A stretch of DNA of 32,000 bases from assembly GCF_029232205.1 (NCBI RefSeq), contig NZ_CP107255.1:930001-962000 (forward strand). The letters run 5' to 3'. This document shows positions 22,894 through 29,778 of this stretch, piece by piece (the stretch's first letter is position 1; each line of letters starts with the position of its first letter). Both the position numbers and the translations under genes were made by a program. Source of the DNA: Candidatus Saccharimonadota bacterium. GTDB taxonomy: Archaea > Nanohalarchaeota > Nanosalinia > Nanosalinales > Nanosalinaceae. Under the pieces are notes generated by a model. It was not told where the DNA came from and searched no databases. It saw only the letters and a program-made list of their open reading frames with translations.

Positions 22894-23313
22894 TTACATC
22901 ATTTTGTAGATTACGTAGATGAATGCACAGGCGAATGCGACTAATATTGCAGGCCCCATTACTTCTATTAGCTGAGAGATTCTTCTCCACATCGGGGAGA
23001 CTATAATCATTGCAGGTATAGATACCGCGAGAATGGTTGAGTAGCGGCCTATCTCAGAATCTGTCATGTCATCGTTGGAGTTCAATGCAAACTTCATCAG
23101 GTTGAAGAGAGTGAACTGCATGATTGCATAGATTAGAACAAATGGAAAAATTATCTTCAGCACCAGCTCTCTCTGAGAGTCATACTCTGGAGCCGAAAAG
23201 TAATCGGCACCATCGTAGTCGTTCAGGTCATAGGCCTGCGAAGTAGCTGCCCCAGTTGATATTACCAGAAGCAATAGAACTGAAAGAATTTTTCTAGAAG
23301 TCAAAATCATCAT
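22894..23313 (-). CDS. small membrane protein (~139 aa), stand-alone copy of the N-terminal module of the 746-aa neighbour
   Basis: The start is set at MMILTSRKILSVLLLLVISTGAATSQA (signal-peptide-like). The segment IIFPFVLIYAIMQFTLFNLMKFALNSNDDMTDSEIG parallels IIPLIGVYGLMWFIFSKVLKRAENN..GGDDLSEMG in 20609-22849. Confidence 0.7.
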   Translation of the reverse strand: MMILTSRKILSVLLLLVISTGAATSQAYDLNDYDGADYFSAPEYDSQRELVLKIIFPFVLIYAIMQFTLFNLMKFALNSNDDMTDSEIGRYSTILAVSIPAMIIVSPMWRRISQLIEVMGPAILVAFACAFIYVIYKMM

Positions 23314-23602
23314 CGCCGCCTCCGCCGAAGTCGTCGTCTCCTCCACCGAAGTCACCGCCACCGCTACCTCCACCACCAGAGGAGCTAGAGCCTTCTCTAA
23401 TTTTCTGAATATAAACCGGAATCATTTCATCAACCAGAAACCCTACCGCAAGGCCCATTCCCGCAAGAAGAGCTATCTGAGCGTTCAATTCTGTTAGACC
23501 CGTCATTGAGGTAACATCATCAAGAAGAATGTTGACGGCAAAGTATGATGCTATTGCTGAGGCCGGGAAGGCCGGATACTTCCACGGGTCTTTAATGTTC
23601 AT
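23294..23602 (-). CDS. small membrane protein (102 aa) with a G/D/F-rich C-terminal tail
   Basis: Two hydrophobic segments are followed by SSSSGGGGSGGGDFGGGDDDFGGGGDDDFDF. The 3' end overlaps the next gene by 20 nt in another frame. Confidence 0.7.
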   Translation of the reverse strand: MNIKDPWKYPAFPASAIASYFAVNILLDDVTSMTGLTELNAQIALLAGMGLAVGFLVDEMIPVYIQKIREGSSSSGGGGSGGGDFGGGDDDFGGGGDDDFDF

Positions 23603-23623
23603 AGAGAAAACTGGCTTCTACTT

Positions 23624-23630
23624 GTTTAAA
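23624..23630 (-). promoter_or_regulatory. TATA-like box for the 23602-20032 gene string (leaderless-type spacing)
   Basis: tttaaac (minus-strand reading) is centred about 25 nt upstream of the ATG at 23602. Confidence 0.4.
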
Positions 23631-23634
23631 TCAG

Positions 23635-23865
23635 TTAATCAAATTTTCCAAGTCTTTCAAGAGTCTCGAGAATACCCCATGCATAGATTACAGATTCCCA
23701 GGCCCTGATATAGTCCTCTTCATCAAGGAAATGCTGTGTGTCATCTCGGTAGGCCTCAACATTCTCCATCTGCTCGACACTTGAATCTCTGTCTTCAACC
23801 CTATCTTCCAGCTTTTTCAGCCACTTCTCTGTCTCTTCCTTCAGTTTTTCCTGTGTCTCGTCCAT
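23635..23865 (-). CDS. DUF357-like small helical protein (76 aa)
   Basis: MDETQEKLKEETEKWLKKL...AYRDDTQHFLDEEDYIRAWESVIYAWGILETLERLG matches my recollection of the DUF357 pattern (Y.DA..F...GD...A.....YA.GWLD...RLG). aattataaaag is centred 27 nt upstream of this ATG. The longer track ORF to 24066 is rejected. Confidence 0.65.
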   Translation of the reverse strand: MDETQEKLKEETEKWLKKLEDRVEDRDSSVEQMENVEAYRDDTQHFLDEEDYIRAWESVIYAWGILETLERLGKFD

Positions 23866-23941
23866 GCTGAGAACTTGTACAGTGATAATTATAAAAGAGT
23901 TATTTCTTTTTACTATCAATAGGTAACAAGAGGTATTATTT

Positions 23942-24679
23942 ATGACAGCATTCGGACTACTTCCAGGGCCTTTGGACGGCGTTAAATTGACCGTTGACAG
24001 GCTCATGGAAGACGGTGAAGAAGAGATAGAGACCATTGACCTTTCTGGCCTCGAAGGATTCGACATTGATGAATACAGACAGCGAGATGACGTAGAGGTA
24101 GAAAGAACTATTAGAGACGATGGCAGAGAAGCTTACAGAGTAGTGCCTCATTCCGAAGAGGCAAGAGCGCTTTTGGACCCATCTAACTATAGTGAGGAAT
24201 CGGATTCAGAGATTTCGGAACCCTCTTCAGATCTTGGACCTCAAAACCCTTCAGAACCTAATAACGGAGGTGACAATAATATGGTAGATAGTCCAGACGA
24301 GCTAGTAGACCTATCTGACGACGTAGATGCAGCACAGCAGGACATGTACGACAAGCTTGGCGGATTCAGAGATTATCTGGAAGAGAAATTCCAGGAAGTA
24401 GACGATGAGATCGAAGTAACTCTAAGAGAAGCTGCTGAAGTACTCGACTACATGGACGACACAATGGGCGCACAGCTCAACACACAGCTTCACGACTACG
24501 AGACAGTTAGCGATTACGTCGAAGCAGTTAGTTCTGACGTAGACGAACACGTCGACGAAGTAGTTGCACATCTTGACGAAGACTTTAGAGACACCGATAA
24601 GTACGCAGAAGTCAGGAGAAACATGGAAGCAATGGATCAGAGAAGAAACCGCTTCAGAGACGAAATGGGTCTTAATTAA
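23942..24679 (+). CDS. acidic protein (245 aa), function unknown; C-terminal helical domain paralogous to the N-terminus of 24742-25743
   Basis: GAGGT sits 7 nt upstream of the ATG. Blocks shared with the next gene are LVD..S....A.AQ.DMYD.L and DY.TV.D..E. Confidence 0.75.
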   Translation: MTAFGLLPGPLDGVKLTVDRLMEDGEEEIETIDLSGLEGFDIDEYRQRDDVEVERTIRDDGREAYRVVPHSEEARALLDPSNYSEESDSEISEPSSDLGPQNPSEPNNGGDNNMVDSPDELVDLSDDVDAAQQDMYDKLGGFRDYLEEKFQEVDDEIEVTLREAAEVLDYMDDTMGAQLNTQLHDYETVSDYVEAVSSDVDEHVDEVVAHLDEDFRDTDKYAEVRRNMEAMDQRRNRFRDEMGLN

Positions 24680-24685
24680 GACCCC

Positions 24686-24695
24686 TTTTTTCTTT
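24686..24695 (+). terminator. oligo-T tract after the 23942-24679 gene
   Basis: cccc-tttttt-c-ttt begins 7 nt after the TAA stop. Confidence 0.35.
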
Positions 24696-24741
24696 CAACC
24701 AAAACCCTTTTAACTTTCTTTGTTATTAAACAGTAACAACA

Positions 24742-25743
24742 ATGAGTGCGAATGGATTTGACCTGGTAGATAGAAGCAGTAGAACTGCTGAAGCGCAGGA
24801 TGATATGTATGATGCGCTGGAAGATCTTGGTAATACTCTAGACAGAGGTCATGATCTCCTTGATGACGTAGTTGAAGGTCAGAGAGAGACCGAAGAGACA
24901 TTTGCACAATTTCTAGAAGAAGTAAGAAACGATTACAGAACAGTTGAAGATTTTGCAGAACAGTATAACGATAGACAGCAGGATCTGAATAGTAGAATCG
25001 AAAACCTCGATGTAGGAAATAATAACACAACATTTAACCTATACGCCTTCCCAGGCGCCACGACGACTCAGCCTATGGGATGGGGCAGCATGTACCAACA
25101 GCAAGGCCTATTTGGTCAGCAACAAGGTTTCGGACCTGGCAGTTTTTGGAGTCCTAACCAGCAACAACAGCAGGCATCTGGAGGAGGTCAACAACAGCAA
25201 CAGCAAGGGTATGGCGGCCAGCAGCAACAACAGCAACAAGGATTTGGAAGACAGCAACAGCAGCAGGGCCAGACCTGGGATCAGGTTTTCTTTGGATCAG
25301 ATGATGAGAGTATTCTGGATGTAAACGATACTACAGAAGATGAAAGTGAAGAAATTCCAGTAGACTCTCCGGAAGATAATACCTACGAAGAGCCAGAAGA
25401 CGAATCTTACGACGAACCCGGGGATGAGAGTTATGAAGCTACTGACAGCGAACCAGTTACATTCATTGATGGAACAGAAGATCCTGTAGAAGACACCTAC
25501 GAAGAGCCAGAAGACGACGAGACCTATGACGACACTGAAGACTATGAACCAGAGCCAGATGGAAGTGTAGATATGGGAACAAACTTTGGGCCAGACATCA
25601 GTTTCGACTACGAAGCTGAAAACTCCACAGAAAATGCAACTCAAAGCTTCAGCTTTTCAGGTACAGGCTTCGAGCCATCCGGCAGCATTACAATGCAGCA
25701 ATCAGCTGGCGGGGAAACCCAGTACTTTGAGGCCTCATTCTAA
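24742..25743 (+). CDS. protein with an acidic helical N-domain, a Q/G-rich (GFG/LFG/GYG) tract and a hyper-acidic Y/E/P/D tail, function unknown
   Basis: The 333-aa product has a Q/G tract at aa 110-177 and a tail with duplicated TYEEPED. Its 3' end overlaps the dphB 3' end by 9 nt. Confidence 0.8.
   Translation: MSANGFDLVDRSSRTAEAQDDMYDALEDLGNTLDRGHDLLDDVVEGQRETEETFAQFLEEVRNDYRTVEDFAEQYNDRQQDLNSRIENLDVGNNNTTFNLYAFPGATTTQPMGWGSMYQQQGLFGQQQGFGPGSFWSPNQQQQQASGGGQQQQQQGYGGQQQQQQQGFGRQQQQQGQTWDQVFFGSDDESILDVNDTTEDESEEIPVDSPEDNTYEEPEDESYDEPGDESYEATDSEPVTFIDGTEDPVEDTYEEPEDDETYDDTEDYEPEPDGSVDMGTNFGPDISFDYEAENSTENATQSFSFSGTGFEPSGSITMQQSAGGETQYFEASF
25069..25272 (+). repeat. Q/G-rich low-complexity coding tract
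   Basis: It encodes QPMGWGSMYQQQGLFGQQQGFGPGSFWSPNQQQQQASGGGQQQQQQGYGGQQQQQQQGFGRQQQQQGQ. Confidence 0.85.
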
Positions 25744-26445
25744 CTTGTATTCTTCTATAAATTCTTCTTCCATATGAGAAGTATCTCCTACAAGGATTAT
25801 ACAGTGCGGAGGCTTTCCGAAATCATAATCTACAAACTCTCCAAGTTCAGCAAGAGAAATACTCTGATCTTCGTTATTTGCTCTTTCAAGAACTATTGCT
25901 TTTCTATCTTCAAGATCTTCATCTAGATCAATCAGTTTTTCAGCGGCCTCAGAAGCATCATAATTGATATCAAGCAGTACAAGTGTGTGAAGGCCTATTG
26001 AATCATTTTTCTCTATGTGTTCTACTATTGATTCTGGTGCGAAATCCTGTGGCAGTGTTACTGTGCGGCCGAACTTGTACACATTTAGGCCTGTCTCCGA
26101 GATAGATGTGAATATTGAAGGTGCGTGAACTACTTCTACATCCAGGCCTTCTTTCTCCGCTCTATACTTTATTTCGTAGTGAGTTGTCGCTGTGAGAGCA
26201 TTCCCTGAGACCAGGAATGCCGTGTCTTTTTCCTCTGCAGATTCTATTATCTTGTCCTCCTGTTCAACCTGTTCGCGAGAAAGTTTCTCAATTTCTGTTC
26301 CTGTCTGTTCTTCAAGTTTCTCAAGGTCAACAGTTTCTGTATTTGTGTAGAACTCGGCATAGGCCTTGTCAACTTTTTCGAGTGCCTTGATTCCTTTCTG
26401 TGTTATTTCTCCGTCGTCAAGTCCGAGTCCGATCAGATACAACAT
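25735..26445 (-). CDS. dphB: diphthine synthase
   Basis: MLYLIGLGLDDGEITQKGIKALEKVDKAYAEFYTN is the characteristic N-terminus. The 236-aa length, and LVSGNALTATTH and HCIILVG regions typical of the tetrapyrrole-methylase fold, also fit. Confidence 0.93.
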   Translation of the reverse strand: MLYLIGLGLDDGEITQKGIKALEKVDKAYAEFYTNTETVDLEKLEEQTGTEIEKLSREQVEQEDKIIESAEEKDTAFLVSGNALTATTHYEIKYRAEKEGLDVEVVHAPSIFTSISETGLNVYKFGRTVTLPQDFAPESIVEHIEKNDSIGLHTLVLLDINYDASEAAEKLIDLDEDLEDRKAIVLERANNEDQSISLAELGEFVDYDFGKPPHCIILVGDTSHMEEEFIEEYKLE

Positions 26446-26481
26446 ATGGTTAAAATATTGAGATGAAAGTTTTTTATCAGC
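26446..26481. promoter_or_regulatory. 36-bp divergent promoter region (dphB / trm5) with two crossed A/T boxes
   Basis: ttaaaatatt (26450-26459) is centred 27.5 nt from the trm5 ATG at 26482. ttttttatc (26470-26478) is centred about 29 nt from the dphB ATG at 26445. Confidence 0.45.
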
Positions 26482-27501
26482 ATGAAGCAGGAAGAACTTG
26501 AGGCCAGAGTTAGAGAACTTTTCGAGAGACAGGGATTCAAAGTTGAGAAAGATGGAAACCAGTTAACGGCCTCTAACGGAAAGAAAATAGTATTGAAGGT
26601 TTTCTCGTCAGAGAAATACTCTGCTGAAGATGTTTCTGCTGAGAAAGAGGTCAAGGTTTTCGTGGATGAAGGCCTGGAAGAGGTCAAGGAAGATCTAGAT
26701 AACGATGTTTCGATAATATATAATGAAGAGGAGGAAGAGGATTTTGAGACTCCATCCTACGAAGTTATCGGCGATATAGCTGTAATCAACGATCTGGCTG
26801 GAGTTAACAGGGATGAAGCAGTTGAGGGAATACTACATCACCAGAACGTGAAGACTATTCTGTTGAAGGATGAAGGCCTTTCCGGCGAGTTCCGACTGGG
26901 AGACTACGAGAAACTTTACGGTGAGGAGACCGAGACCGTGCATAAGGAGTTCGGCTACCGTTTCAAGGTCGATCCTACAGAAGTATACTTTTCAGAGAGA
27001 TTCGGCACAGAGAGAAAGAGAGTGGCCGATCAGGTAGAGGACGGCGAGCGAGTGCTAGTCATGTTTGCCGGAGTAGGCCCTTTTGCAATGCTTTGCTCTG
27101 AAAAAGCAGATGAAGTGGTTGCTGTAGAGAAGAATCCTGCAGGAGCAGAATTTCTGAAGGAGAACATCGAATTAAACAAAGTTGAGAATGTTGAAGGCCT
27201 TGAAGGAGATGTGGAGGAAGTAGTGCCAGGAATGGGAGAGTTTGACAGGATTATCATGCCTCTTCCAGAATCCGCCAACGAATTTCTGGGCCTTGCACTA
27301 GATCACATCTCTAATAACGGTGTTATACACTACTATAGATTCGTTGAGGATGGCAACACTGAGGAGATAGAGGCCGAAATAATGAAGGAGATAGAGCAGA
27401 GAGGTTTTGAGTACAAAATTCTGGATACTGTAGAGTGTGGTGAAAGAGGCCCGACCTCAACAAGAATGTGTTTTGACTTACAAGTAACAAAAAGTATTTA
27501 A
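26482..27501 (+). CDS. trm5: tRNA (guanine37-N1)-methyltransferase, Trm5 family
   Basis: Matching regions are YEVIGDIAVIN, FRFKVDPTEVYFSERFGTERKRV, the SAM-binding VLVMFAGVGPFAM, and FDRIIMPLPESANEFL. The 339-aa length fits archaeal Trm5. Confidence 0.88.
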   Translation: MKQEELEARVRELFERQGFKVEKDGNQLTASNGKKIVLKVFSSEKYSAEDVSAEKEVKVFVDEGLEEVKEDLDNDVSIIYNEEEEEDFETPSYEVIGDIAVINDLAGVNRDEAVEGILHHQNVKTILLKDEGLSGEFRLGDYEKLYGEETETVHKEFGYRFKVDPTEVYFSERFGTERKRVADQVEDGERVLVMFAGVGPFAMLCSEKADEVVAVEKNPAGAEFLKENIELNKVENVEGLEGDVEEVVPGMGEFDRIIMPLPESANEFLGLALDHISNNGVIHYYRFVEDGNTEEIEAEIMKEIEQRGFEYKILDTVECGERGPTSTRMCFDLQVTKSI

Positions 27502-27537
27502 GAGTCGGTATTTCTTTCTGAGTTATAAGGTGTAAAA

Positions 27538-28182
27538 ATGAGTATAGGAGATAGAATTGGAAATTGGGTCGATAGACAGGTCGACGATGCAAGAGACATT
27601 TTTAGTTTCAGCTATGAAAATCTTAGAGGAAATACCCCTCCAAGCCCGGGAAGACGACAGTTCCTGAAGGCTACCGGAGCAGCAGCTACTGGCGGAGGCG
27701 TAGTAGGTTACGGCGTTTCCGAGTATCTAGAAGGAGGCGATACAGGCCAGAGCCCTCAGGATGATGGACAGTCCGGCGGACAGTCTGGAGACGGAAGCGG
27801 AGGCGGTAGTAACGGAGGTTCTACAGGCGGCAGTTCTGGAGGCCAGTCAGGAAGTAGTAACGGAGGTTCTTCAGGAAATGGTTCTGGCAGCGATGTTGAG
27901 TCAATCAACCAGATTCTTGGAGACAACGGCGATACAGATATTGAGACCGTGATAGACTGGTATGGCGAAGGCCATGATAGAGGTTATAGTGCCGACGATA
28001 TTGCTTCAGCATACAACTCAGATCAGGATGAGTATGAGCTAGCTTTCTACGATGGTAGCGATGGAGAACTACCTCTGGTTCTTACAGAAGATCAAGGATT
28101 CAGCGATTCCGAAGTGAACAAAATTCTTGAGTATGAGAATGAAGGTAAGCTTGCGGAGTCATTCAGAAAGATGGAGAATTAA
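27538..28182 (+). CDS. acidic protein with an RR motif plus weakly hydrophobic segment and a G/S-rich linker (Tat substrate or membrane-anchored), function unknown
   Basis: AGGTG sits 5 nt upstream of the ATG. SPGRRQFLKATGAAATGGGVVGYGV at aa 36-60 resembles the twin-arginine consensus S/T-R-R-x-F-L-K. A (G/S/N/Q)-rich tract and an acidic ~95-aa domain follow. Confidence 0.75.
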   Translation: MSIGDRIGNWVDRQVDDARDIFSFSYENLRGNTPPSPGRRQFLKATGAAATGGGVVGYGVSEYLEGGDTGQSPQDDGQSGGQSGDGSGGGSNGGSTGGSSGGQSGSSNGGSSGNGSGSDVESINQILGDNGDTDIETVIDWYGEGHDRGYSADDIASAYNSDQDEYELAFYDGSDGELPLVLTEDQGFSDSEVNKILEYENEGKLAESFRKMEN

Positions 28183-28210
28183 AGAAAGAAAAAATTTGGA
28201 GGGAGGAACT

Positions 28211-29644
28211 CTATGCGAGTTCTTCCTCATCCATGAGGCCTTCAAGGCCTCTGAACACATTTCTTATTTCATCTCTTGCAGAGTAATTATCTGAGACTGC
28301 TTCTGAGAGTTTTTCATCGAGATATGTTTCGAATTCTTCTCCGTCGGTAAGTTCTGATAGTCTGTCTCTTAGGTCTTCTGCTACGAATTCATCCTCGAAG
28401 TATTCTGCTCCCATTGCATCTTCCAGATATTCAAGTTCTCTGACTGCTTTGTCAGCCTGTGCGTACTGTCTTGCTGCTTTTGATCCAAGAGCGTTGACTG
28501 CGTCGTTGTAAGCTGACTGGAGATCCCCTTCTGCGTCGTCGAGAATCTTTCCTTCGAAAGAAACTCCTCTCTCATCCAGCATAGCTGCCATATTGCCAAT
28601 CTGGTTTTCTGCCAGATCTTCAATCCAGCTTGTGAGGTAGTCAAGCTCTTCGTAGACATCTTCTACGAATGATTCTGTGTCTTCTGCTACTTCTCTGTAT
28701 GCAGATGTTGCTGCATCGTGTCTGACATTGAAGCTTTCCAGGTGTTCCCTCTTGATTTCGCCGTGTCTCTGAATATCGTCTTCAAGATCTGCGACGACAT
28801 CATTCAATTCTTCTCTTTTTCTTTCTAGAGTTCCTTTTGCTGCATCAAGCTCGGCCTGAGCTGCTGAAGATCCATCTTCAGAACCTATAGCTGATGAGTT
28901 AGCTGATTCTTCCTGGGCCTCAATTGCTGCCTGGGCCTCCTCGTAATCTTCACGTGCTGCTTCAAGCTCTTCTCTTTTTTCTTCGATTTCTTCTTGCTTG
29001 GATGCAATCTTGTCTTCCCTGTGAGTGTATCTCTCGTCGAACTCTTCAACTTCATCTGAAAGTCTTGAGAGGTATGCTGCAAGGCCCAGATCTTCTTCAT
29101 CCCATTCCTCAAAGCTGTGACTTCCCTGATGTGGGTCGAAGTCGTGAGTCATGTCATCTTCAATTGGCTCGTTTGCGTACTCGATTACCTGGCTTATTGC
29201 ATCGGCAACCTGAGATGCTGGCTCTGAAAGTGCAGTTTCGTAACTCTGTCTTCTTCTCTGCATATCAGTCTCAAGATCAGATCTCTTTGCATCGAAGTCA
29301 TCAACTAGCGATCCAAAGCTGCTTACTGCTTCGTCAACAGAATCTCTATCGACATCTCTATCTTCAGAAAGTGCTTCTCTGACTGCATCGCCAGGCCTTA
29401 CGTGGTCTTCACCAATTCCCAGGAATCCTCCTGAGCCTAGGCCTACGCGCTCTCTGAGCCTCTGGAAAGTTGATCCAGAATCGTCGTTTTCAGGGGTTTC
29501 AGGGCTAGAATCTGAAGAGCTATCATTATTGTCTTCAGTTCCTCCACCGTCCGTCATAGCAATCTTATTGCTCTCGTGGAACTGTCTTGTTTGTTCCGAA
29601 GTCGGAACGTTTACTGTGTTTTGCTTATTGTTATCATCCGCCAT
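28211..29644 (-). CDS. acidic coiled-coil protein (477 aa), function unknown
   Basis: GGTGA (29651-29655) sits 6 nt upstream of the ATG. The protein is long, E/D/A-rich and helical. The antisense ORFs are shadows. Confidence 0.8.
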   Translation of the reverse strand: MADDNNKQNTVNVPTSEQTRQFHESNKIAMTDGGGTEDNNDSSSDSSPETPENDDSGSTFQRLRERVGLGSGGFLGIGEDHVRPGDAVREALSEDRDVDRDSVDEAVSSFGSLVDDFDAKRSDLETDMQRRRQSYETALSEPASQVADAISQVIEYANEPIEDDMTHDFDPHQGSHSFEEWDEEDLGLAAYLSRLSDEVEEFDERYTHREDKIASKQEEIEEKREELEAAREDYEEAQAAIEAQEESANSSAIGSEDGSSAAQAELDAAKGTLERKREELNDVVADLEDDIQRHGEIKREHLESFNVRHDAATSAYREVAEDTESFVEDVYEELDYLTSWIEDLAENQIGNMAAMLDERGVSFEGKILDDAEGDLQSAYNDAVNALGSKAARQYAQADKAVRELEYLEDAMGAEYFEDEFVAEDLRDRLSELTDGEEFETYLDEKLSEAVSDNYSARDEIRNVFRGLEGLMDEEELA

Positions 29645-29681
29645 TCTTATTCACCAAGAAGGTTAATTGGACTCAAATGTC

Positions 29682-29690
29682 TTATATTTA
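29682..29690 (-). promoter_or_regulatory. TATA-like box for the 28211-29644 gene
   Basis: taaatataa (minus-strand reading) lies about 42 nt upstream of the ATG. That spacing is consistent with a short Shine-Dalgarno-bearing leader. Confidence 0.35.
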
Positions 29691-29778
29691 ACCTGCTAAG
29701 AAAGCGATTTACTTCTGAATAATAACAACAATATTTAATGATTTGGCACCAATAAGACAACAGGGGGAGAAAGGGCCA

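Noticed and set aside
23314-23376. Extension of ORF 22894-23376 (MVEVAVAVTSVEETTTSAEAA)
   Set aside because: It overlaps the G/D/F tail coding region of the upstream gene. The internal MMILTSRK... start gives a proper signal peptide. The choice between 23313 and 23310 remains open.
23866-24066. N-terminal 67-aa extension of the track ORF 23635-24066
   Set aside because: The extension is S/P/N-rich junk. It overlaps the plus-strand gene starting at 23942 and runs through the A/T-rich promoter region. The ATG at 23865 has a TATA-like box 27 nt upstream and begins the DUF357-like sequence.
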